A stretch of DNA of 64,000 nucleotides, taken from NCBI RefSeq assembly GCF_009914755.1, contig NC_060928.1, one strand, 5' to 3'. Position 1 is the stretch's first letter, and each line of letters begins with the position of its first letter. Origin of the DNA: the human T2T-CHM13v2.0 reference genome, Homo sapiens. The notes beneath the pieces are model-generated. The model ran no database searches, was not told the DNA's origin, and saw only the letters and a list, made by a program, of their open reading frames with translations. Positions 52,639 through 64,000 of the stretch are shown in pieces. A program made the translations under genes and the position numbers.

Positions 52639-55600
52639 TCTCAGTGGAAGTACCGACCCACACGTAGGGGTGCACACACACACGCACACACACAGACACA
52701 CACATAACTACACCCAGAAGCGCGCACGCAAACACACACACACCCACACAAACACGAACACCGTCAATCCTACATAAACTAATGAGGAGCCCAAGTTTCT
52801 GTCTCTACAACAGGGACAACTGGATAGTGATGGCTACATCTCAGGATGAGCCCGCATATGGGAAACATCAAGTTTTGGGGTCGTGAGTCTTCCGAACCTC
52901 TGGAGGGACTGTCTGAGTGTTTGTGTTCATGATAGGTGACATTCAGTGTGTATTTCTGAATATGACCTACCGACGTGTAGGTTTGCGTGTGAGGTAATTG
53001 CAGGGGACTCGGTTTCGTATTTTCTCTTGGGGTGTGTTTCATTCGTCAGTTGTTGGTCGGCATGAGAAGGTGAAAGGTGGCTCATGTGGGACATCCGTGG
53101 ATCATTCTCGCCACCTTGAATAGTGGAAACTGGAATGCATTTGGAAGAGAAGAACGGTGCTCTTCTTTCTTCCCCGGGCTCGCCGTTTTTACACTGGTTC
53201 CTGAATGGACCTCAGGCGCCCTGGGACTTGTGCTCTTGCTGGAACCCACATAACGCCGGAAGCGGACAGACCGACTTGCCTGTTTCACGGTGCCCGCTTC
53301 CCATGAGTCGAAACGGAAAATTTTCCCACGGGCATGTAAGTCATCTGGAAGTAAGCTGTATTGATAATAAAGGAAAGCAAACACAGGAGTGTGTGTATTC
53401 AACTGAAATAAATTCAGAAAGCCCTGAAATCAATCTCACTGGGTGTGTTTAAAAATGGCATTTGGGGAATTTCTGGGTCATTTGTCCAGCTGCGAAAGCT
53501 GCATCTCTGAAGCACAGTCCCTGTCCCGCAGTGAGACTTATTTATCCGACGTGGTGTTTCCGTGGAAATGATTGTGGGAAATGGCCCCTTCCTTTGCTCT
53601 ATTTGCTGATTAGACTTCATGGTCCCTTTCTCGTCAGGTACAGTGATCAAAGTTGACCAACCCCAGAGGAAAGCTGCCCAGGGCACAACTCAGGGCTCCG
53701 TAGAACCACAGAATCTTGGGCGCAACCCTGCTCAAGCACCCAAATGTGCATACGAACAGGGTCTCCGTGTGACGTGTGTGAAAACTACAGTGTGATGAGC
53801 ATGACTGGCAGACAGCTTATCGATTGGGCTCCCCTCAAAATCGGTTATGAGCATTCAAGCACACCGATGCCCAGGTCCCGGCTGCAGGAATAAGACCCTC
53901 CAGGGTCTTGTGTGAAGCCTCGGCATCCGCATTGCTCATGCTTCTGGGGATCATTCTCCTGAAAATGGTGGCTCCTTTCTCCCTGTGGAGCATCTTTCTA
54001 AGCAGTGCTCTTTTCTTCCCCCAGGACACTTTACATCCGGCACAGGAAGCCTTCTGATGGAGCACACCTGGCCCATGAAAAGACAAGGGAAAGAAACGGG
54101 GCCAAAGGTCACAGTCCTCTCATCCCATCATCCTCCTTAAAATCATCCTAATTTCATGGGCCCTGAAGCCAGGGCTGTTTCTTTACACCTAGAGGCCTTG
54201 GCGCCGGGCCTCAATTCCGCCCTGTTCCTTACCGTCTAAGACATGTTGGGAAAATCCCTAGAGCCAGGATCTTCATTCCCGCTAAGCCAGACAGCCGGAA
54301 GACACACCCAAATTCTGTCCCTCTTACTTCAGGGAACATGTCCACTTTCGGCAGCATTACAATTTTGGCACCAAATGTGCTAACTGCAATTCCACCATAC
54401 AATGCGTAACTGGAAATGGAGGCAACATCTCCGATCCTGAACGATCGATGCGAGAATCCAGGATATGCACGGCTTATTTTGGCCTTTTCCCACTGAAACA
54501 AGGGCCAGTATTAAAAATGGCACGCTATCCTCTGTTTCACTCCCTGCTTTTAAACGTCTCCGATGTTTCTCCCTGAGACAGGGCCTCACTTCCGTCAGCC
54601 GGGCTTTTCCACGGTATAATTTTCCTTGTTTGCTTTTGTCCAAATTAGAACTTTTTATTTCATCTCTAGGAAACGTTGATCTATTATCACATACGTATGG
54701 AAATATTATCACACATGCTGTGAGATACGTTGTTTTTATTTTCATCAATTGTTTAATAAACAAAAGGTTATAGCTGGGATACCTTCTGAGTTCTCAAGTT
54801 TTTTGTTTCGTGTTTTCTTAAACTGCCGTCGCACGTCCGAAACCGCTCACTATGCAGTGTCATGACCATCTCTCTTTTCTGGCAAACATAAATTTGGGGA
54901 TTGTCATCAATTAGTCTCTCGGGGATTGCATGATTTCCCCAAAGGCTTTCACAGTCTACTTTGTGCACTGAGTATCTCTTCAAACTTCAGTGCATGTTTC
55001 TACCATTTCATGCTTTCTTATTTGGCAATCTAGCTTCCACAAGAGCATTTCATGCAAAGACTTGTCTTGTTCTCCACTGGCAGGTAATTTCACTCGGATA
55101 GAGAATCAATAGGCTCAACGTGGAAAGGTTATCGCTGGAAGGTCTGTTTGATTCCACGGATCTCTCCTTTCTCATTAGGGAAGAAAATACGCTGTGCTAA
55201 ATACTATACTTCATTGACTATTCTCAGGTCAGAAAGCGCACTTTCGACTTCTTGTCTTTCCGTCGCTGAGAGGATGATGGCAGCTGCCAAAAGTACATAC
55301 TTGGAAGTTCATCCCAGCACAAACACACACACACACGCGCCCCCCCCACACACACACACACGAACACAATCACACACACACACACTCACACGGTTTCCTA
55401 CGTAAAGATTTCTTCCCTGCCATTGCTTTACCTAAAATAAGGCAACTGTGTGGCCACTGTCCCAACCCGGTTACACTCCTATTATATGTGCCTATCATCC
55501 TGAGGAGTAATTTGATTCAGGTGTTCTGGAAGTCATGCTGTGGGCTGTGTCTGTTGAATTCCCAGCGATGCAAGGGGACACACCCTGTGACTCCTTCCTG

Positions 55601-55796
55601 AATTGAGTGCTGATATTTGATTGGCTTATCGCGCACCTGATGAGTGGGTGGGGTGTTCGCGGTTGGTGGGGGTGACTTACAGAAGGGCTGATGCGGCCAG
55701 AGAGCTCGTCATTTGAAGACTCTCTCGGAAGGGATAGCGTCTTTCTGCAACCTGCGGTCCCAGCAGAAAAACCTTGTGATCCTTGTTCCAGTCGAC

Positions 55797-57389
55797 ATGG
55801 AGGACGACTCACTCTACTTGGGAGGTGAGTGGCAGTTCAACCACTTTTCAAAACTCACATCTTCTCGGCCAGATGCAGCTTTTGCTGAAATCCAGCGGAC
55901 TTCTCTCCCTGAGAAGTCACCACTCTCATGTGAGACCCGTGTCGACCTCTGTGATGATTTGGCTCCTGTGGCAAGACAGCTTGCTCCCAGGGAGAAGCTT
56001 CCTCTGAGTAGCAGGAGACCTGCTGCGGTGGGGGCTGGGCTCCAGAATATGGGAAATACCTGCTACGTGAACGCTTCCTTGCAGTGCCTGACATACACAC
56101 CGCCCCTTGCCAACTACATGCTGTCCCGGGAGCACTCTCAAACGTGTCATCGTCACAAGGGCTGCATGCTCTGTACGATGCAAGCTCACATCACACGGGC
56201 CCTCCACAATCCTGGCCACGTCATCCAGCCCTCACAGGCATTGGCTGCTGGCTTCCATAGAGGCAAGCAGGAAGATGCCCATGAATTTCTCATGTTCACT
56301 GTGGATGCCATGAAAAAGGCATGCCTTCCCGGGCACAAGCAGGTGGATCATCACTCTAAGGACACCACCCTCATCCACCAAATATTTGGAGGCTACTGGA
56401 GATCTCAAATCAAGTGTCTCCACTGCCACGGCATTTCAGACACTTTTGACCCTTACCTGGACATCGCCCTGGATATCCAGGCAGCTCAGAGTGTCCAGCA
56501 AGCTTTGGAACAGTTGGTGAAGCCCGAAGAACTCAATGGAGAGAATGCCTATCATTGTGGTGTTTGTCTCCAGAGGGCGCCGGCCTCCAAGACGTTAACT
56601 TTACACACCTCTGCCAAGGTCCTCATCCTTGTATTGAAGAGATTCTCCGATGTCACAGGCAACAAGATTGCCAAGAATGTGCAATATCCTGAGTGCCTTG
56701 ACATGCAGCCATACATGTCTCAGCTGAACACAGGACCTCTCGTCTATGTCCTCTATGCTGTGCTGGTCCACGCTGGGTGGAGTTGTCACAACGGACATTA
56801 CTTCTCTTATGTCAAAGCTCAAGAAGGCCAGTGGTATAAAATGGATGATGCCGAGGTCACCGCCTCTAGCATCACTTCTGTCCTGAGTCAACAGGCCTAC
56901 GTCCTCTTTTACATCCAGAAGAGTGAATGGGAAAGACACAGTGAGAGTGTGTCAAGAGGCAGGGAACCAAGAGCCCTTGGCGCAGAAGACACAGACAGGC
57001 GAGCAACGCAAGGAGAGCTCAAGAGAGACCACCCCTGCCTCCAGGCCCCCGAGTTGGACGAGCACTTGGTGGAAAGAGCCACTCAGGAAAGCACCTTAGA
57101 CCACTGGAAATTCCTTCAAGAGCAAAACAAAACGAAGCCTGAGTTCAACGTCAGAAAAGTCGAAGGTACCCTGCCTCCCGACGTACTTGTGATTCATCAA
57201 TCAAAATACAAGTGTGGGATGAAGAACCATCATCCTGAACAGCAAAGCTCCCTGCTAAACCTCTCTTCGACGACCCCGACACATCAGGAGTCCATGAACA
57301 CTGGCACACTCGCTTCCCTGCGAGGGAGGGCCAGGAGATCCAAAGGGAAGAACAAACACAGCAAGAGGGCTCTGCTTGTGTGCCAGTGA
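55797..57389 (+). CDS. USP17L: USP17-like deubiquitinase, 530 aa, copy 12 (L310)
   Basis: Intact ORF; MSQLNTG (CCG>CTG at a CpG). Confidence 0.97.
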   Translation: MEDDSLYLGGEWQFNHFSKLTSSRPDAAFAEIQRTSLPEKSPLSCETRVDLCDDLAPVARQLAPREKLPLSSRRPAAVGAGLQNMGNTCYVNASLQCLTYTPPLANYMLSREHSQTCHRHKGCMLCTMQAHITRALHNPGHVIQPSQALAAGFHRGKQEDAHEFLMFTVDAMKKACLPGHKQVDHHSKDTTLIHQIFGGYWRSQIKCLHCHGISDTFDPYLDIALDIQAAQSVQQALEQLVKPEELNGENAYHCGVCLQRAPASKTLTLHTSAKVLILVLKRFSDVTGNKIAKNVQYPECLDMQPYMSQLNTGPLVYVLYAVLVHAGWSCHNGHYFSYVKAQEGQWYKMDDAEVTASSITSVLSQQAYVLFYIQKSEWERHSESVSRGREPRALGAEDTDRRATQGELKRDHPCLQAPELDEHLVERATQESTLDHWKFLQEQNKTKPEFNVRKVEGTLPPDVLVIHQSKYKCGMKNHHPEQQSSLLNLSSTTPTHQESMNTGTLASLRGRARRSKGKNKHSKRALLVCQ

Positions 57390-60300
57390 TCTCAGTGGAA
57401 GTACCGACCCACACGTAGGGGTGCACACACACACGCACACACACAGACACACACATAACTACACCCAGAAGCGCGCACGCAAACACACACACACCCACAC
57501 AAACACGAACACCGTCAATCCTACATAAACTAATGAGGAGCCCAAGTTTCTATCTCTACAACAGGGACAACTGGATAGTGATGGCTACATCTCAGGATGA
57601 GCCCGCATATGGGAAACATCAAGTTTTGGGGTCGTGAGTCTTCCGAACCTCTGGTGGGACTGTCTGAGTGTTTGTGTTCATGATAGGCGACATTCAGTGT
57701 GTATTTCTGAATATGACCTACCGACGTGTAGGTTTGCGTGTGAGGTAATTGCAGGGGACTCGGTTTCGTATTTTCTCTTGGGGTGTGTTTCATTCGTCAG
57801 TTGTTGGTCGGCATGAGAAGGTGAAATGTGGCTCATGTGGGACATCCGTGGATCATTCTCGCCACCTTGAATAGTGGAAACTGGAATGCATTTGGAAGAG
57901 AAGAACGGTGCTCTTCTTTCTTCCCCGGGCTCGCCGTTTTTACACTGGTTCCTGAATGGACCTCAGGCGCCCTGGGACTTGTGCTCTTGCTGGAACCCAC
58001 ATAACGCCGGAAGCGGACAGACCGACTTGCCTGTTTCACGGTGCCCGCTTCCCATGAGTCGAAACGGAAAATTTTCCCACGGGCATGTAAGTCATCTGGA
58101 AGTAAGCTGTATTGATAATAAAGGAAAGCAAACACAGGAGTGTGTGTATTCAACTGAAATAAATTCAGAAAGCCCTGAAATCAATCTCACTGGGTGTGTT
58201 TAAAAATGGCATTTGGGGAATTTCTGGGTCATTTGTCCAGCTGCGAAAGCTGCATCTCTGAAGCACAGTCCCTGTCCCGCAGTGAGACTTATTTATCCGA
58301 CGTGGTGTTTCCGTGGAAATGATTGTGGGAAATGGCCCCTTCCTTTGCTCTATTTGCTGATTAGACTTCATGGTCCCTTTCTCGTCAGGTACAGTGATCA
58401 AAGTTGACCAACCCCAGAGGAAAGCTGCCCAGGGCACAACTCAGGGCTCCGTAGAACCACAGAATCTTGGGCGCAACCCTGCTCAAGCACCCAAATGTGC
58501 ATACGAACAGGGTCTCCGTGTGACGTGTGTGAAAACTACAGTGTGATGAGCATGACTGGCAGACAGCTTATCGATTGGGCTCCCCTCAAAATCGGTTATG
58601 AGCATTCAAGCACACCGATGCCCAGGTCCCGGCTGCAGGAATAAGACCCTCCAGGGTCTTGTGTGAAGCCTCGGCATCTGCATTGCTCATGCTTCTGGGG
58701 ATCATTCTCCTGAAAATGGTGGCTCCTTTCTCCCTGTGGAGCATCTTTCTAAGCAGCGCTCTTTTCTTCCCCCAGGACACTTTACATCCGGCACAGGAAG
58801 CCTTCTGATGGAGCACACCTGGCCCATGAAAAGACAAGGGAAAGAAACGGGGCCAAAGGTCACAGTCCTCTCATCCCATCATCCTCCTTAAAATCATCCT
58901 AATTTCATGGGCCCTGAAGCCAGGGCTGTTTCTTTACACCTAGAGGCCTTGGCGCCGGGCCTCAATTCCGCCCTGTTCCTTACCGTCTAAGACATGTTGG
59001 GAAAATCCCTAGAGCCAGGATCTTCATTCCCGCTAAGCCAGACAGCCGGAAGACACACCCAAATTCTGTCCCTCTTACTTCAGGGAACATGTCCACTTTC
59101 GGCAGCATTACAATTTTGGCACCAAATGTGCTAACTGCAATTCCACCATACAATGCGTAACTGGAAATGGAGGCAACATCTCCGATCCTGAACGATCGAT
59201 GCGAGAATCCAGGATATGCACGGCTTATTTTGGCCTTTTCCCACTGAAACAAGGGCCAGTATTAAAAATGGCACGCTATCCTCTGTTTCACTCCCTGCTT
59301 TTAAACGTCTCCGATGTTTCTCCCTGAGACAGGGCCTCACTTCCGTCAGCCGGGCTTTTCTACGGTATAATTTTCCTTGTTTGCTTTTGTCCAAATTAGA
59401 ACTTTTTATTTCATCTCTAGGAAACGTTGATCCATTATCACATACGTATGGAAATATTATCACACGTGCTGTGAGATACGTTGTTTTTATTTTCATCAAT
59501 TCCTTAATAAACAAAAGGTTATAGCTGGGATACCTTCTGAGTTCTCAAGTTTTTTGTTTCGTGTTTTCTTAAACTGCCGTCGCACGTCCGAAACCGCTCA
59601 CTATGCAGTGTCATGACCGTCTCTCTTTTCTGGCAAACATAAATTTGGGGATTGTCATCAATTAGTCTCTCGGGGATTGCATGATTTCCCCAAAGGCTTT
59701 CACAGTCTACTTTGTGCACTGAGTATCTCTTCAAACTTCAGTGCATGTTTCTACCATTTGATGCTTTCTTATTTGGCAATCTAGCTTCCACAAGAGCATT
59801 TCATGCAAAGACTTGTCTTGTTCTCCACTGGCAGGTAATTTCACTCGGACAGAGAATCAATAGGCTCAACGTGGAAAGGTTATCGCTGGAAGGTCTGTTT
59901 GATTCCACGGATCTCTCCTTTCTCACTAGGGAAGAAAATACGCTGTGCTAAATACTATACTTCATTGACTATTCTCAGGTCAGAAAGCGCACTTTCGACT
60001 TCTTGTCCTTCCGTCGCTGAGAGGATGATGGCAGCTGCCAAAAGTACCTACTTGGAGGTTCATCCCAGCACAAACACACACACACACACGCCCCCCCACA
60101 CACACACACAAACACACTCACACACACACACGCACACGGTTTCCTAGGTAAAGATTTCTTCCCTGCCATTGCTTTACCTAAAATAAGGCAACTGTGAGGC
60201 CACTGTCCCAACCCGGTTACACTCCTATTATATGTGCCTATCATCCTGAGGAGTAATTTGATTCAGGTGTTCTGGAAGTCATGCTGTGGGCTGTGTCTGT

Positions 60301-60542
60301 TGAATTCCCAGCGATGCCAGGGGACACACCCTGTGACTCCTTCCTGAATTGAGTGCTGATATTTGATTGGCTTATCGCGCACCTGATGAGTGGGTGGGGT
60401 GTTCGCGGTTGGTGGGGGTGACTTACAGAAGGGCTGATGCGGCCAGAGAGCTCGTCATTTGAAGACTCTCTGGGAAGGGATAGCGTCTTTCTGCAACCTG
60501 CGGTCCCAGCAGACAAACCTTGTGATCCTCGTTCCAGTCGAC

Positions 60543-62135
60543 ATGGAGGACGACTCACTCTACTTGGGAGGTGAGTGGCAGTTCAACCACTTTTCAAAAC
60601 TCACATCTTCTCGGCCAGATGCAGCTTTTGCTGAAATCCAGCGGACTTCTCTCCCTGAGAAGTCACCACTCTCATGTGAGACCCGTGTCGACCTCTGTGA
60701 TGATTTGGCTCCTGTGGCAAGACAGCTTGCTCCCAGGGAGAAGCTTCCTCTGAGTAGCAGGAGACCTGCTGCGGTGGGGGCTGGGCTCCAGAATATGGGA
60801 AATACCTGCTACGTGAACGCTTCCTTGCAGTGCCTGACATACACACCGCCCCTTGCCAACTACATGCTGTCCCGGGAGCACTCTCAAACGTGTCATCGTC
60901 ACAAGGGCTGCATGCTCTGTACTATGCAAGCTCACATCACACGGGCCCTCCACAATCCTGGCCACGTCATCCAGCCCTCACAGGCTTTGGCTGCTGGCTT
61001 CCATAGAGGCAAGCAGGAAGATGCCCATGAATTTCTCATGTTCACTGTGGATGCCATGAAAAAGGCATGCCTTCCCGGGCACAAGCAGGTAGATCATCAC
61101 TCTAAGGACACCACCCTCATCCACCAAATATTTGGAGGCTACTGGAGATCTCAAATCAAGTGTCTCCACTGCCACGGCATTTCAGACACTTTTGACCCTT
61201 ACCTGGACATCGCCCTGGATATCCAGGCAGCTCAGAGTGTCCAGCAAGCTTTGGAACAGTTGGTGAAGCCCGAAGAACTCAATGGAGAGAATGCCTATCA
61301 TTGTGGTGTTTGTCTCCAGAGGGCGCCGGCCTCCAAGACGTTAACTTTACACACCTCTGCCAAGGTCCTCATCCTTGTATTGAAGAGATTCTCCGATGTC
61401 ACAGGCAACAAGATTGCCAAGAATGTGCAATATCCTGAGTGCCTTGACATGCAGCCATACATGTCTCAGCAGAACACAGGACCTCTCGTCTATGTCCTCT
61501 ATGCTGTGCTGGTCCACGCTGGGTGAAGTTGTCACAACGGACATTACTTCTCTTATGTCAAAGCTCAAGAAGGCCAGTGGTATAAAATGGATGATGCCGA
61601 GGTCACCGCCTCTAGCATCACTTCTGTCCTGAGTCAACAGGCCTACGTCCTCTTTTACATCCAGAAGAGTGAATGGGAAAGACACAGTGAGAGTGTGTCA
61701 AGAGGCAGGGAACCAAGAGCCCTTGGCGCAGAAGACACAGACAGGCGAGCAACGCAAGGAGAGCTCAAGAGAGACCACCCCTGCCTCCAGGCCCCCGAGT
61801 TGGACGAGCACTTGGTGGAAAGAGCCACTCAGGAAAGCACCTTAGACCACTGGAAATTCCTTCAAGAGCAAAACAAAACGAAGCCTGAGTTCAACGTCAG
61901 AAAAGTCGAAGGTACCCTGCCTCCAGACGTACTTGTGATTCATCAATCAAAATACAAGTGTGGGATGAAGAACCATCATCCTGAACAGCAAAGCTCCCTG
62001 CTAAACCTCTCTTCGACGACACCGACACATCAGGAGTCCATGAACACTGGCACACTCGCTTCCCTGCGAGGGAGGGCCAGGAGATCCAAAGGGAAGAACA
62101 AACACAGCAAGAGGGCTCTGCTTGTGTGCCAGTGA
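60543..62135 (+). pseudogene. USP17L: USP17-like copy 13 with premature stop W328*
   Basis: TGG>TGA at 61524-61526 (GCTGGGTGAAGT), which truncates six codons before catalytic H334 and removes D350. Carries Q310. Confidence 0.93.
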
Positions 62136-64000
62136 TCTCAGTGGAAGTACCGACCCACACGTAGGGGTGCACACACACACGCACACACACAGACACACAC
62201 ATAACTACACCCAGAAGCGCGCACGCAAACACACACACACCCACACAAACACGAACACCGTCAATCCTACATAAACTAATGAGGAGCCCAAGTTTCTGTC
62301 TCTACAACAGGGACAACTGGATAGTGATGGCTACATCTCAGGATGAGCCCGCATATGGGAAACATCAAGTTTTGGGGTCGTGAGTCTTCCGAACCTCTGG
62401 AGGGACTGTCTGAGTGTTTGTGTTCATGATAGGCGACATTCAGTGTGTATTTCTGAATATGACCTACCGACGTGTAGGTTTGCGTGTGAGGTAATTGCAG
62501 GGGACTCGGTTTCGTATTTTCTCTTGGGGTGTGTTTCATTCGTCAGTTGTTGGTCGGCATGAGAAGGTGAAAGGTGGCTCATGTGGGACATCCGTGGATC
62601 ATTCTCGCCACCTTGAATAGTGGAAACTGGAATGCATTTGGAAGAGAAGAACGGTGCTCTTCTTTCTTCCCCGGGCTCGCCGTTTTTACACTGGTTCCTG
62701 AATGGACCTCAGGCGCCCTGGGACTTGTGCTCTTGCTGGAACCCACATAACGCCGGAAGCGGACAGACCGACTTGCCTGTTTCACGGTGCCCGCTTCCCA
62801 TGAGTCGAAACGGAAAATTTTCCCACGGGCATGTAAGTCATCTGGAAGTAAGCTGTATTGATAATAAAGGAAAGCAAACACAGGAGTGTGTGTATTCAAC
62901 TGAAATAAATTCAGAAAGCCCTGAAATCAATCTCACTGGGTGTGTTTAAAAATGGCATTTGGGGAATTTCTGGGTCATTTGTCCAGCTGCGAAAGCTGCA
63001 TCTCTGAAGCACAGTCCCTGTCCCGCAGTGAGACTTATTTATCCGACGTGGTGTTTCCGTGGAAATGATTGTGGGAAATGGCCCCTTCCTTTGCTCTATT
63101 TGCTGATTAGACTTCATGGTCCCTTTCTCGTCAGGTACAGTGATCAAAGTTGACCAACCCCAGAGGAAAGCTGCCCAGGGCACAACTCAGGGCTCCGTAG
63201 AACCACAGAATCTTGGGCGCAACCCTGCTCAAGCACCCAAATGTGCATACGAACAGGGTCTCCGTGTGACGTGTGTGAAAACTACAGTGTGATGAGCATG
63301 ACTGGCAGACAGCTTATCGATTGGGCTCCCCTCAAAATCGGTTATGAGCATTCAAGCACACCGATGCCCAGGTCCCGGCTGCAGGAATAAGACCCTCCAG
63401 GGTCTTGTGTGAAGCCTCGGCATCTGCATTGCTCATGCTTCTGGGGATCATTCTCCTGAAAATGGTGGCTCCTTTCTCCCTGTGGAGCATCTTTCTAAGC
63501 AGCGCTCTTTTCTTCCCCCAGGACACTTTACATCCGGCACAGGAAGCCTTCTGATGGAGCACACCTGGCCCATGAAAAGACAAGGGAAAGAAACGGGGCC
63601 AAAGGTCACAGTCCTCTCATCCCATCATCCTCCTTAAAATCATCCTAATTTCATGGGCCCTGAAGCCAGGGCTGTTTCTTTACACCTAGAGGCCTTGGCG
63701 CCGGGCCTCAATTCCGCCCTGTTCCTTACCGTCTAAGACATGTTGGGAAAATCCCTAGAGCCAGGATCTTCATTCCCGCTAAGCCAGACAGCCGGAAGAC
63801 ACACCCAAATTCTGTCCCTCTTACTTCAGGGAACATGTCCACTTTCGGCAGCATTACAATTTTGGCACCAAATGTGCTAACTGCAATTCCACCATACAAT
63901 GCGTAACTGGAAATGGAGGCAACATCTCCGATCCTGAACGATCGATGCGAGAATCCAGGATATGCACGGCTTATTTTGGCCTTTTCCCACTGAAACAAGG

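Larger units (their letters stand above)
1..64000. repeat. RS447-type megasatellite: tandem array of ~4.75 kb USP17-containing units, extending beyond both window ends
   Basis: USP17 stop codons end at 390, 5141, 9891, 14641, 19392, 24143, 28889, 33634, 38385, 43136, 47887, 52638, 57389 and 62135. Periods are 4751, 4750, 4750, 4751, 4751, 4746, 4745, 4751, 4751, 4751, 4751, 4751 and 4746 bp. Units are near-identical, and every spacer ORF recurs at the same offsets. Confidence 0.98.

Noticed and set aside
1-64000. CRISPR array, prokaryotic mobile element, or pure assembly artefact
   Set aside because: There is no short repeat-spacer structure, transposase or terminal repeat. Units carry structured, linked variants consistent with a real human macrosatellite, although exact copy number needs read support.
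1-64000. Assigning individual USP17L gene numbers to copies
   Set aside because: Copies differ by a few bases and the array is copy-number polymorphic. Numbering needs alignment to a reference, which could not be run.

Overview
The whole window is a head-to-tail tandem array of a 4,745-4,751 bp unit (about 13.5 units). Each unit carries one single-ORF USP17/DUB3-family deubiquitinase gene on the + strand. This matches the human RS447 megasatellite (USP17L cluster), most likely the large 4p16.1 array; the locus assignment comes from recognising the protein and unit size, not from a database search. The window holds one 3' partial copy (copy 0), 10 intact 530-aa copies and 3 nonsense-bearing copies (two E66*, one W328*). 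The true start is the ATG 84 nt downstream of the TTG used in the ORF track. The other track ORFs are by-products of the repeat. The system itself is known, so the useful observations concern internal structure. All three broken genes, carrying two independent stops, sit in one short-unit haplotype class. All net unit-length variation maps to one upstream CA/C tract. Units form blocks and mosaics. Each unit also carries candidate regulatory signals: a DUX-like/CCAAT/KLF proximal element, an NF-kB/ETS/STAT cluster about 1.5 kb upstream, splice signals bracketing the ATG, an overlapping uORF and antisense polyA signals. These motif-level points are inferences read by eye.
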